A stretch of 64,000 bases of DNA, taken from Heptranchias perlo (lineage: Eukaryota). The stretch spans positions 30,256,001 to 30,320,000 of the forward strand of contig NC_090350.1 in NCBI RefSeq assembly GCF_035084215.1. Direction: 5' to 3'. The stretch's first letter is position 1. Each line of letters starts with the position of its first letter. Shown here piece after piece: positions 1 to 49,470 of the stretch. The position numbers and the translations under genes were made by a program. The notes beneath the pieces are model-generated. The model saw only the letters and a list, made by a program, of their open reading frames with translations. It did no database searches and was not told the origin of the DNA.

Positions 1-1099
1 GATACCCAACTGGCTCACTACCTACAAGGAGTGGAGGGGTGCCAGGTTAGATACCATGCTCATAGATTTCATTCTACATTCAAATGTTGTAGATCGGGGC
101 TTCAAAAGGTCTGTGAAATGAAACATTGAAATTCCTTTTACTGGTAAAATGCATGCTCGACAGTATGAATACCTTAGCAGTTAAAATATCTGTGATAAGG
201 GGGTAGAGAGTGTGGAATGAGGAAAAGGATTCCCTTGGGTCGTGTAAGAATTGCCGTCATTCTCTTTAAGAACTTTCCCCATTCCGTTCTAGAAGACAAT
301 CACCTGTCATCTCAGTAAAGGAAGTTGCTTGGATGTGAGTTGTTGGTTTGGAAGGAAAGTAAAAATAAAATGAATAAATGATAGTCCTAACTATTAAATC
401 ACTCTTCTTCAAGGGCTTTAATATCATTTTTCTGGCTTTCAATCACTTCCTTGTTAGTCGTATCAGTTTTAACTTAATGAGCTTGTGGTTGCTTTGTCCT
501 TTAACTGATTTTGAAGCCGGGGGTGTTTTAACCAAAGTAAGATTATGAATCAAAAATGTTTTTTGATCTCTGGCTTCCAAAGTATCTGTCAAAGAATTGA
601 GCCTATCAATTGCCGCTGAAAGTACATGGGGCCTTGCCTGCCTGGCCTTGCCATGCTCTTTTCCCAAATCCAGGGCACAGGTCATTTAAATATTAAGGGC
701 AAATATGTACACCGGTACTGGCACTATTTGGCAACCACCCCATGGTCCTGACACCTTGCCGCTCAATTTGTGGGGTGAGAGGATGGAGGTTGTGGGGGGG
801 GGGGCGGCAGGAAGCCACAAGCCTATCTGGGCAAAGACGTATAAAGGCCTCCATTCTGCTCTCCCAAAGCTTCCTCACTGGCATACCCTATACTCAAATA
901 GCATTTGATTTTTGAATTTAATTGCCATTTTAATATGGCATTGTGGGGTCCGCATATGGTCTTTGTATGGAAAGTAGACTTAACTTCATGTAGGCATACA
1001 TTTACCATGCGGGGCGTAACTGGATCCCACCAGACACATCCACAGAAATGATGTGGGGATGGAGGTGGGTGGGTGGAAGGTGCATCTGGCCCACCTTCC

Positions 1100-2538
1100 A
1101 TCACAAGTTCTCTTTGAGGTCAGAAAGGGGTGGACAATCGACAGAAATGGTGCCCTGATTTCCTCCACTCTCGAGCACCCTCACCCTCCTTGATAAAACC
1201 TATTCTTGGTCCAGCCCCCCAACCATGTCCAATCTCCCTTTCCTCTCTAAAGTCCTTGAATGTGTTGCGCCCCTGCCACAGCACTGAGAAGGCCCTAACC
1301 AAAATCACAAATTATGCCACCCGTGACTGCGACTGTGACCATACCTCCTCATTTTCCTTGACCTCTCTGCAGCCTTTGACATGGTCGATCACACCATCCT
1401 TTTCCAACTCCTCTCTTCTGTTTTCCAGCTCAATGGGACTACCCTCGCTTGGTTTCGCTCTTGCCTATCCAGTCGTAGCCACAGCATCCTCAGCAATGGT
1501 ATCTCACCTTGATCCTTACTGTTGCTCCAAGAATCAATCCTTAGCTCCCTCCTCTTCATGCTGTTTCTTGATGACATTAGCCACAGACATTCAGTCAGCT
1601 TCCACATGTATGCTGACAACTCCCAGCTCTCCCTCTCTCCACTCCTCTGTTTCCCCTGTGTTGTCAGTCTTCTTGTCCAACATCCAATCTTGGATGAGCT
1701 GAAATTTCCTCCAGCTAATCATTGGGAAGACCAGAGCCGTTGTCTTCAGCCCCCGTGTCAAACTCTGTACCCTTGCCACCAATTCCCACTCATTTTCTCT
1801 GGCTGAACCAGACTGTTCAAACCTCGGCATTCTATTCGGCTCCAAGCTGAGCTTCTCTTCTCATATCTTCTCCATCACATGGAAGCATCAAGCATCTATT
1901 TCCACCTCCGTAACATGGCCTGCATCTGCCCTTCCCTCAGCCCATTTGCTGATACCCTCACCCATGCCTTTGTCTCCTCCATATTCCACTATTCCAATTC
2001 TATCCTGGCTGACCTGTCATTCTCCATCCTCTGCAAACATCAGATCATACAAAACTACTGTATTTGTATGATCTACTACTGCCTTTATCCAATCCCGCAT
2101 CAAATCCCGCTTGCTGACCTACATTGATTCCCGGACCTGGACGCCTCAAATTTAAAATTCTCATCCGCATGTTTAAATCCCTCCAGGGTCTCACTCCTCC
2201 CTATCTTTATAACCTCCATCTACTCTTCCTTTCCAAACTCCCCTGACTCTCATCTCTTTTGCAAACCCCCACCCACCCTGCACCCCATCATTGACGGCCA
2301 TGCCTTTCGCCACCTCGGCCTCACTTTCTTGAATCCTCTCCCTCAACCCTTCCACCACTCCACCTCTCTCTGCTCCTTTAAAACTCTTCTTAAAACTCAC
2401 CTCTTTGACCTAGCTTTTTGTCACCTCTCCTGATGTCTCCTTTGACTCAGCATCCATTTTTTGATTATAGCTCTGTGAAGCACCTTGGGACATTTTTCTA
2501 TGTTAAAAACACTATATAAATACAAGTTGTTGTTGCTG
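1100..2538 (+). mobile_element. L2-clade LINE 3' fragment, degenerate
   Basis: Frameshifted RT remnants (SILSSLLF...HSVSFHMYADNSQL); tail ...ctgtgaagcaccttgggaca...ctatataaatacaagttgttgttg. Confidence 0.8.
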
Positions 2539-5257
2539 AAGTAAAATGGCACGGCTGGACTATGTTAAAGAGAACAATGTGTAGGTTTGATAGTTTTAAA
2601 TTCCAGTCATTACAACTCGTACTGTTTGGACTCCTACTCCAAGTAGAAGAGGAATTTTGTTGAGACTGAGTCTGTGGGGATGAAATCAAACTTCCTTTCC
2701 CCTCGTCTGGTAAATATGTACAAAGCAAATTATTTCTTAACATAACTCTAGAAGATTTGTCCATATACTTAATCTCTTCAATGGAGCTAGTTTGTACTAT
2801 CGAAATGGATATCCTGCTGTCAGCTCCTTGTGTAAATAGTGTCATATTCTTAATAGGCCATTCTGTCTCTTTGTTCTTATGGCAAGCCAAAGAAAATGTA
2901 TAACACTAAATGTTTCCAAGAAGAATAGAGGCAACTTTCTATTTTTTCCTTCTCATTTTTCTGCCAATTTGCTCCCTGCTTCTCCACTCTGAAGGCGTTA
3001 ACTCCTTCCTGAATATGGTTCCAATGTCTGCCTGTTTTCCTGCATTCGTTAAATGTGAGCCCTGACAGTGAGTATCAGCTAGCTATTGGACCGCGGTGGG
3101 TGTAACATCGCAGCTGAGTCTGATTGTATCCTTAACCAGTGTCTGGAAGTGTACGTGTCCAGTGGGAAATGTTGGATATTGATCAGGAGGGGAAATTCTT
3201 TTGCTCCCTATTGAGGCCAATTATACTGCCCCTGATTCAGATCAATTAACTTGGCACTGACTGGGGACTGGACCTGTTACCAGCTGTGTGTATGTGTCTG
3301 TCTGTCTGTCTCTCTCTTATACTCTATGGTTGCTCGCTCTGTGTCATTCTTTCTCTGTCAAATACTCACTGCCTTAAACAGCTGATTCATCAAGGAGCTT
3401 GGTACAACTTTCTAACCTAATATTACATTTTACAATGACCATGAAATGCTGATGTGGTGCCTGACTCTGTATTAGAATCCCTTGCTTAACCATTGTCTGA
3501 ATAGTTTTTGTCATTTATAAACTTGGTACGTGTACATGGAAGATATTTACACGTATTTCAATATTCCTCCTGTCCATGTTAGATTTTAGTCCATTACTGC
3601 AACCTTATAACTTCAAATCCAGGCTTCCCTTCTCTATCTTCCAACTGATACCAGTTCAATGGATCAACTATTCTGTACTCACCTGTAGTTTGCATCAGGG
3701 CTTAACTTTTTGAGTGTCCACAATGGGGGAGCTTTACCTGGTCTGTTAAAAGCAACAATCATTGCAGAGTACGTTACTTCTGAGGGAGAAAAAAATAATC
3801 AAGAGACCTATTCCAAATACTTGTTGGCTACGTTGGCCACGATCTTGTAAGAACTGCACTGATCTAAACTGTTCTGGTCTCCTGAATGAGGAAAACAGTA
3901 TGGAGACAGGAAGGAACTAAAACCCATCCCCGAATAGCAGAACCCCACGACTTTCCCCATCAGCATTAGTATCTGTCTGACTGCACTTAAGGATTTAGGG
4001 TCTGGATAGTTGTTTTATAAAAGAATTCTGAAGTCTTTAAAACTGGAAACAGCTTGTGATCTTTCAATCAGAACTGTTTTTGGGCACTGATGAAATGGAT
4101 GTTTTCTATCTCTTCCTGACACATTTTATTTAGCAAATGCTGTGATAAAAGGTTCAAATTCCTGTTTATTCAGCTGGTTATGGTTATTATGATTAAACAA
4201 TCATTCACAAGCACTTAAATCCTGTTGTTTAGTGATGAGGAGTGGTCCATGTACTGACAGTCTGTAACAAAATAAATGATCCAGAGATCAAAATTTACTG
4301 AATTGATATATTTTAAGTAAGAAAGGCCTCCAAAAGACCTATAATTACTGTAACGGGCATGATAAGAAAGGAATGTACTTGTATATATTCTAGTCTTGTA
4401 GCTCATTGCCTCACAGTCAGAGCAAATGGAGATCATTTAAAGTCACAATTCAAATAGCAATTTCATTGGAGCTAATATGTTGTGTGCTAGGCCTCCAAGT
4501 AGACATTACAGTTAATCCGGATAACAAAAGCTGCAAGAAAATGTGTTGCATTCTGAATTGGAAAGGAGAATTGTCATAGAACTGTTGCCATACATCTTTT
4601 AGTAACAGTGAGCCAGCTGATGAGTGGCACTGTTGTAGGCTTAGGTGAAAGTTAGCCATCCTCTGGGTCACAGGTGGCATATGTCCTGGCAAGGTCTATA
4701 TGTAGAGAAAAGGATGGTAGGGGGACTTCATGTCCTCAACTAAAAAATATAAATATATTTAGGAGCAAGGTGGTTCAAGACAGGCCACCTAAACAATAAT
4801 AATATTGATTTTTTTGGTTTTAGAAGAAAAAAGCATTGTGATGTTTATGAAGGAAATTATCACAAGGCAAAGAGCCTTGGGTGCCAAACTTCCAAATACT
4901 AATTTTCTAAAACTGTACCAATCCACTCCCTTGGCCAAAGACCAACACACTAGTGCTTAGAAATCTAAAACTACTGTGGTTGAAAGTTGGAACACCATGT
5001 CATGTTTTTATGAGAACCTTTTTATGGACTCAACTTCCCTTTTATTAAAAATCTTACATAAAGCATGCAGTTTGCACCCAAAAATCTAACTTTCTCTTGT
5101 CACAATTTTTGATCATGCTTTTGTGTCAACATTTCCTATTTAATTTTGGTCTGTCAACTGTTCTGATTGTCGTTGATGGCTCTGTGGGGCAAGTTGCTGA
5201 AGTGTTTCGCTCCCAACTCTGTTGCCACCTTGTACATAAAAGCAACCATTGAAAAAG

Positions 5258-5368
5258 GCAAAAGCAAAATACTGGGAATGCTGGAAATCTGAAATAAAAA
5301 CAGAAAATGCTGGAAACACTCAGCAGGTCAGGCAGCGTCTGTGGAGAGAGAAACAGAGTTAATGTTTA
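5258..5368. mobile_element. Short dispersed repeat, likely a Penelope-like element terminal fragment; second copy at ~56965-57075
   Basis: ctggaaatctgaaataaaaacagaaaatgctggaaacactcagcaggtcaggcagc recurs at ~56980. Confidence 0.6.
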
Positions 5369-5759
5369 ATTTGAGAGCAGTGGTTTGAGGAATGCTGAAT
5401 GTCATGGAGATATCTGTAATCGTGGGTGGATCCAAATTATGAAGGGTGGAATTTAAGTTGGAATCCATGTGGAATAAGTCGGAGCCGGAAACATTGCCAT
5501 TGAAAAAGGCAGTCCCCCAACTGTTGAAAACAACAGCCCCTTCACTACTGCATAAAGACAGATTCTAACAGCTGCCCAGCAACCTTACCTCTTCATGGTG
5601 ACAAGTAACTCACCTCCGCTGCCCCACCAGCCCAGACATTAACAAACAAAAAGAAAATAAGACATCCCGAGGATACATTAAGCATCGACTGTAGTAGAGT
5701 GGTGGTGTGTCTCTCGTACTCAAGGATGGCAGTGTCAACAATGAAGAGAGCATAAGTTG

Positions 5760-6130
5760 AGGGTAGATGGATGCACTGATAACTATGCAGGTCAGTACGT
5801 GATAGACATTGTCGACTACAAGCCTCATATAACCACGCTCTTGGCTAGGTTCCTCTGACGTTATCGATCCTTCCGTCTCTCACGTCTTGCTTTCACACTG
5901 GCACAGCATTGTAGCTCAAAGCTCTTCATACCTTCTCTCACTTCAGCACCCCACAGCTGCCTGTCAGTAGCCCGGGTTTCAACAATCATGTTGCATTCCT
6001 CCAAGTGAATCTTCGGTGTGTCCTTGTAGCATCCTTGTTGTCAACCCTGCTTTCTTCCGTCATCTACCAGTTCTCCATTAAGCACCTACTTCGTCCAGCC
6101 CAATGGAGCTGAGCACTGATCATTGAGGCA
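5760..6130 (-). mobile_element. RTE-clade LINE 3' fragment, degenerate
   Basis: Minus-strand remnants ISAQLHWAG, LNGEL and CYKDT, plus a C-terminal EACSRQCLSRTDLHSY resembling the RTE CxxCxRxCxSRIGLxSH end. Confidence 0.55.
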
Positions 6131-6134
6131 ATGA

Positions 6135-6395
6135 TAACAACAACTTACATTCATATAGCACCTTTAGCATAGTTAAACGTCCCAAGGAGCTTAATCAAAC
6201 AAAATTTGACACTGAGCAAGTGACCAAAAGAAGCGATTTAAAGGAGGAGAGGTAGAGAGATGGAGTGGTTTAGGGAGGCAATTACAGAGCTTAGGGCCTA
6301 GACAGCTGAAGGCACTGCCATCAATGGTGGAGCAAAGGAAATCGGGGATGCACAAGAGACCAGAATTGATGGAGCGCAGAGATCTCCGAGGGTTG
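6135..6395 (-). mobile_element. L2 LINE 3' end (inverted)
   Basis: Reverse complement resembles the tail at ~2280-2538 (acaacaacttacattcatatagcacc...). Confidence 0.7.
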
Positions 6396-6774
6396 CAAAA
6401 ATCACTGTCGTATAGGCAGCAGTCAAAAACATAGTGGACCAGTTGAAAGAAGGCTCTCCTTTATTAGAGGGACACTCACACAGTTTACTTTACACTCAAA
6501 TACTTGTGAACAAGACTCCACAGCAGCCATTATTGGGATATTATTGGGATAATTATTGGGATAAGTGGAAGATTTCCTCTGAGCAATTTTGTAAACCTGT
6601 TTATGAAGAATGGGTTTCCCACACCTAGTGCACAGGAGGAATCGTCCCTCATAGTTTCTTTAACCGAATGGGAAGGGGTTAACATGTAATGAAACCACCA
6701 CAAATTTTTCCTTTTCCATTTTGCTTGACAATTTGTGCTGCTATTAAATGTAGTTTTGTGTTTGATTGAAACAG

Positions 6775-43313
<36,539 letters not shown>

Positions 43314-45091
43314 ATCCCTTTGGCAGTTGGAACATTCCTTAGCCAATGAAAAACTGTATTTCTCACCATATGATCAACCTCTTCTAAGGCCGCTGAACCT
43401 GGAGTCTTAGCTCTAATGTGACTGCAGCCTAAAACTTGAAGGAACTCATCAAGTATGAGAGCAACTAGCACACTTCCAATTAACAGGCCCCCCAAATAGT
43501 TTTGGGTTAATGGCAGCTTCTTTCTTTGCTGCACTTAATATTTCTCATTTTTAAACGCAGAACACTGAAAAATGGTTCCACAGTGGCGGGAGGGGGATAT
43601 GACTGAAACATACTGATGCTAGTCAGGCTCCAGGCACTGAATTTCAGATCTACTTGACGGGCTCTGTAACAGAACCCAGAGCACAGCCATTGCCCGTGGT
43701 TTGTACCCGTTTATTGGAATGTCGCTCTGAAACGCACTGTATAATAAGAGGACTGATCTGCTATGCTTATTTAACAATGTTGCATAGGACCATGCTAAAA
43801 TGGCTAATTTTTTTTCTTTCTAATTAATATTTCACTGAGCTTTTATATTTGATTTGCCATATTCCAGAAGTATTTTATTCTGTTCTTTGTACAATTTTGT
43901 AGGTCTACAAACAAGGAAATGCATTTAAAATGCCTACTTTTTTACAATGGTGTAAAGCCGGCAGAGATGGTCTAGTTTAGTCACTGAAAAGCTTGTACTT
44001 CGGCTGTAAATACAGTCTATTTAGTACTAGTATTTTATGAGTTCAAATAATGGTTATGAAGAAGGAACACGATTGAATAATTTACAAGGCAAGATATAGG
44101 ATAATGTGATGCTACTAAGTTTGAGTCACTGGGTATAATAAAAGTACTCGTTATTTGTGAACAGGGTAGCAGTTTTATATATAAACATCTGAAAAGATAA
44201 GGGTTTACTGGGCTGGGTTGAAATATTGGGGTGGAGTGGTGTAGAGGAACTATGTCAGGATGGGAGTTAATAAGAAAATGTGTTTTTATCCCGTCAAATC
44301 AAGACTGAAGACTACAATTGTCCCTATGTGTCAACCACTTAAAAAGCCTGCTTTCAATATGTGGAGCAGCTTGGCGCAGCGATGTAAAGTGAGACGTTAA
44401 GGGGGCTGCTGCCATTGTGATCGCATCTCACGGTTGGTCTGGCTGACAAGATTTCAATCAGCTTGTCTCCAAAATTTTTGTTAAGTGCCACTTTGAGAAT
44501 ACACTGGTACTGTATTACGCCCATCGCCTTCTGAGAAAGGCTTGTGCTACGGACAACATAGGGCCAAGCCATCAGGAGGCTGAACGTCTTCGATCCTGCC
44601 CTGAAACAAAACAACATGATCATTCTGAGAAGTGAAATGTGTCTCCTAATTTCTTCAGTAAAGATGATCAGATCCGTTTGGGGCAGCCAAGAAGCTTCAG
44701 GTTCAGAATCAAATAATTAAATTTCAGCAACGTTTTTGGAGAAAAAAGGAACTGGATTTAATTTTTTTTCTACAAATTGTTTAATTGTGCATTATTTAAG
44801 TGTTTTATTCACCTACCTAACCTGATCCGGATTGTCGATCCGATAATTATTTTCTCATCGTTACTTGTGAAAATTACTGAAGATTAAATTTTTGCTTGCT
44901 CTAAAACCTGCATTATTTCTTAATGTTTCTCAGAATAGAGAACTGGATTTTCTTACCAGGACAGCATTGTACAGTTTTTGTTGCACATTATGTAAATTTG
45001 TTATTTTAGTGTGTTCGCAAGTGAAACCAATAGCAACAAAATATCATTGAATTAAAATTACTTTTACAGTCATTCTCGGCAAACAGGCTCC

Positions 45092-45097
45092 AATAAA
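45092..45097 (+). terminator. Candidate polyadenylation signal (AATAAA; alternatives ATTAAA ~45051 and AATAAA 44137-44142)
   Basis: Hexamer at the end of an AU-rich 3'UTR-like tract, followed by a T-rich run; the actual cleavage site is unknown. Confidence 0.35.
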
Positions 45098-45249
45098 ATG
45101 TGGATATTTTTTCTTTTCCTTCAGTTTTTTTTCCTTCCCCTCCTCTCCTGAAAGTTCTGACTCCTATGGAAATATGGTTTCACAAGTCCTGCTACCCCTC
45201 CTATACCTCACCAAAGTGGCCATTCTTCATATGTGAGCCTAGACAGTGA

Positions 45250-45900
45250 GGGGCCAATTTTCGGTTTCGGTGGATATTGGGCGGGCCGTGGTTGGACCAA
45301 ACCCGCCACCTGTGTCACTGGCGAGAGGCCTGCCCAATTTTCATGGTTGGGGGGGTCTTATTACCATTCCGTTGGTAAGCTACTCACTCATTTCAAGAAG
45401 CTCGCTGATCAGAGAAGCCTTAAAGTCCAGCAGTTCCACCATGGAGCCCAGCCAACCTAGCTAAGTAAAAGGGAGGAGGAGGCGATCCTGGAGAAGTCCG
45501 CAGAGGGTTGGGCAAAACAGTGGTCAATTTTTTGGGGGGCCAGGAGGAGCATTAATACTCCTGACCCCACAAAAATCATTTCAAAACCTTTAACTTACCC
45601 TTTCTGGAGCATTCTGCTGCAGTCCCTTTGAGCACTGCTGGTAAGTCCACTCAATGCAAGTACCAATGGGCAGAGTGTGTGCAGCACATGCTCTGCCCAT
45701 TGGCTCCTGAAAATTTCATCAGGGTCCTGTTGATGTCATAGGATCCTGATTTGCATGACCTAATGAGGTGCCCGCAGTTTTCAGGCCACCCTTATCCAGG
45801 ACTCTACCAAAATGGCGGAGGCCCAGATGTTGGCGGAAAAGATTGTCATCGTTCTGCCACCCCATTCCCGACCCCGAGTGAAGCTAAAAAAGCCGGGGCC
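45250..45900. mobile_element. Harbinger-like MITE inserted into an older dispersed repeat
   Basis: Begins ggggccaattttc. Host sequence atgtgagcctagacagtga|...|tgagtgtc matches the uninterrupted atgtgagccctgacagtgagtatc at ~3054-3077, implying a short TSD. Confidence 0.55.
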
Positions 45901-47140
45901 TGAGTGTCAACAGACTATTCATCATAGAGGAAATCACAGCTCCATTAAAGAGTGGGAAATCTCCATATTGATTTTATACATGTGAATAACGAAGCCTCAG
46001 GGCTTTGTATTACTTGATGAGAATCTTTTGTGACTGGTCAGCTGTGACCCACATTTGTCCTTTGGTTAAATAAACTATTAATTGTTACTGTTTGCCATTT
46101 TCTGCTTGTGTATTGTTGCAGACTTCTCATATCAACTACAACTGTTCAATTTACATGGTTATTTTTTGTCTAATAGGGTCACTGAAGCACCTTAATGTTG
46201 GGGTGAGGACAATTCAGTTTCTTTCATAAAAGTGTTCTGCAGTTTGTTAAAAACACTTCCAAGAAGATACAATGATGCAGAGACCCAGTTAAATAATTCA
46301 CACTCTCCAAATTATATAGCCCTAAATGTTGTTAATATAACTCTCTCAAAAAGCTCCAATTATAGAAATAATTCTTGTATGTGAGTAGTTAATACATTAT
46401 AAGAATATTATTCACAGGTAATTGTTTTTCTATTTGGGAAAGATAAGAGTTTACCTTCTGACAAAGAGAAAGAGATAATTAAGCCAGTTTAATTGCTACA
46501 GTGCAGATTTACACGTTCTGTTTACATTGGTACCCTGTACCGCTCTGATTTGAATCAAACTAAATTCATTAAATTGACATTTGAAGATCTGGATGACTGA
46601 GAAACTCCTCATTCAACTGTTGCCCACTCACCTTCTGACATCACTGCATCTGAAACATATTTCAACACAGTCAATACGATGATCTCAATTCTGTGATTAA
46701 AATGTTGCTTAAAGTCTTTTTTATAAGGCCAAATTAAGTAAAGCAATTATCAATAGATTAAAAGATAATTAGCTGAGAAATCAAGCTTTGCATTTCCTTC
46801 CTCTCGTTAAGAAAGATGAAGAAAGCATTGTTTGGAAGCAGTAATTAACAAAATAGATGGATCATCAGTTTAACAAAGTATTTTTGGAGATTCATTTCGA
46901 TTTCCAAAGTTCCGTTTGTTCCTCAGGAATGAATCCCTAGACTACTGCTTAAATCATTTTTGCTATCAAGCCAGTTTGTTTTATAGACTACAGACCAAAT
47001 TTCTTGTAACATTTTTTGCATGTTAACTATTGGGCTAACTCACTGATTGTTGTTTGAGAGGGCCATTTATATAAAAAATAATAAAACACCTTGGGATGCA
47101 AGCGAGAAGAACAGTTGTGTGTGCAGCTGTGCTTCTTTGA

Positions 47141-48523
47141 GAATCATAGAAAGGTTACAGCACGGAAGGAGGCCATTCGGCCCATCAAGTCCGCGCCAGC
47201 TCTAAGCAAGAGTAATCCAGCTAGTCCCACTCCCCCGCCCTATCCCCGTAGCCCTGCAAATTTTTTCTTTCAAGTACTTATCCAGTTCCCTTTTGAAGGC
47301 CATAATTGAATCTGCCTCCACCACCCCATCAGGCAGTGCATTCCAGATCCTAACCACTCGCTGTGTAAAAAAGTTTGGTTCTTTTGCCAATCACCTTAAA
47401 TTCATGTCCTCTGGTCCTTGACCCTTCTGCCAATGGGAAGAGTTTCTCTCTGTCTACTCTGTCTAGACCTGTCATGATTTTGAATACCTCGATCAAATCG
47501 CCTCGCAACCGTCTCTGTTCCAAGAAGAATAATCCCAGCTTCTCCAGTCTATCCACGTAACTAAAATCCCTCATCCCTGGAATCATTCTAGTATTCTCTT
47601 CTGCACCCTTTCTAAGGCCTTCACATCTTTCCTGAAGTGCGGTGCCCAGAACTGGACACAATACTCCAGTTGTAGCCAAACCAATGTTTTATAAAGGTTC
47701 ATCATGACTTCCTTACTTTTGTATTTTTTGCCTCTATTTATAAAGTCCAGAATCCGTATGCCTTTTTATCCACTTTCTCAACCTGCCCTGCCACCTTCAA
47801 CAATTTGTGCACATATACCCCCAGATCTCTCTGTTCCTGCATCCCTTTTAGAGTTGTGCCCTCTAGTTTATATTGCCTCTCCTCGTTCTTCCTATTGAAG
47901 TGTATCACTTCACATTTTCCTGCATTAAATTTCATCTACCACATATCGGCCCAGGCCACCAGCCTGTCTATGTCCTCTTGAAGTCTATCACTATCCTCCT
48001 AACTGTTTACTACCCTTCCAAGTTTTGTGTCATCTGCAAATTTTGAAACTGTGTCCTGACCACCCAAGTTCAAGACATTAATATATATCAAGAAAAGCAG
48101 TGGTCCCAGCACCGACCCCTGAGGAACACCATTGTACACCTCACTCCAATCTGAAAAACAACCGTTCACCACTGCTCTCTGTTTCCTGTCCCTTAGCCAA
48201 TTCTGTATCCATGTTGCAACTTTCCCCTTTATTCCATGGGCCACAATCTTGATGATAAGCCTACCATGCGGCATTTTATCAAACGCCTTTTGAAAGTCCA
48301 TATACACAACATCAACTGCATTGCCCTCATCTACCCTCTCTGTTACCTCATCAAAAAACTCTATCAGGTTAGTTAAATACAATTTGCCTTTAACAAATCC
48401 ATGCTGGCTTTCTCTAATCAATCCACCCTCATCCAAGTGACGGTTAATTCTGTCCCAGATTATCGTTTCTAAAAGTTTCCCCACCACTGAGGTTAAACTG
48501 ACTGGCCTATAGTTGTTGGGTTT
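47141..48523 (-). mobile_element. CR1 LINE 3' part
   Basis: ORF 47999..48541 (NYRPVSLTS...GVPQGSVLGP...SKFADD); inverted tail gaatcatagaaagg. Confidence 0.92.
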
Positions 48524-48859
48524 TAACAGTTTCATTTTCACTTTAATAGTTCGCAGTTTACAATGGATTTTGGACCTCGGGGAGAGCTTGTTTTTACTGA
48601 GGAGATATTTTAACTACGAACCTATGACCATTTTTTTTTAAGGACACAAAGTTAAAAATATGCTTAAAACTAAGGATTGGTGAAAATGCCAGATTCAGGT
48701 CGGTTTAGATACTGAACCTGCCCAAGGACCAAATTGCATGACAGGCACTGCAGCCATAATACCTTCTGACACGCCGTATTGGTGTCTCTATTGCTCTGTG
48801 CAGGTGTGTGCTAATAATTTTATCTTTATTTGTTTTAAATACCATAGGTACAATTTTAA

Positions 48860-49470
48860 AAGGGAAAAACAGGTGGGTTGGGGGCAGGGGGGCAGTCAAA
48901 ATCACAACCATTTTGGGTTGGTGATTAAAACCGTTCAAGGAGGCTGCGGGCCTCCATCTTCCCAGAGTTTCCAATTTCAACCCCTGGGGGCCAGGATTGC
49001 TGGGCCTTCTCTTTTAGACCATGTGAAAGGAGGCAAGAAGGCCCGAAACTAACATGTAAGTGCCTTTCTGGCATAGGTTGTGGGCTCAGAGGAGCAGGAG
49101 TGCTTCCCCCAGGCCCAACAAGCCTACCTGCAGCGACCTCCCAATGATCGCGGATCCCCTCCCGATCTCCGTCCCCTTCCCCTACGATCGTGAACCCCCC
49201 AATCTCCAACCCCCCCAAACGATCACAGACCCGCCCTCGATCACCGAACCCCCCCACGATCGCGAACCCCCGCATGACCCCCTGATTCCCCACCCACCAT
49301 CGATCGTGGACCCCGCAATGACACCTGATCCCGATACCCCCCCCCCAAGACTGACCCCTCCCCCACCATGACTGACTCCCCCCTGTGACCCCCATGCCCA
49401 CCGGTGCCCCTGTGCCAACCCATGCCCCCCCTCCATCCATACAAACAAAGACTTATCTGAAGCCTTACCG
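48860..49470 (-). mobile_element. Partial inverted relative of the 26842-27765 element
   Basis: Shared sequence translates as GRLVGPGGSTPAP and PGVEI..S.KMEARSLLER in both; CCCCGATC-type repeats. Confidence 0.8.

Noticed and set aside
1130-1702. 190-aa ORF
   Set aside because: It is an off-frame reading of a degenerate L2 element.
6530-6564. TTATTGGGATA repeated three times
   Set aside because: Simple short tandem repeat with no spacers. It is not CRISPR-like, and no prokaryotic features are present.
1-6774. First coding exon (MGC... SH4/unique domain)
   Set aside because: No myristoylation-type start with a suitable donor was recognised; it probably lies upstream of the window.
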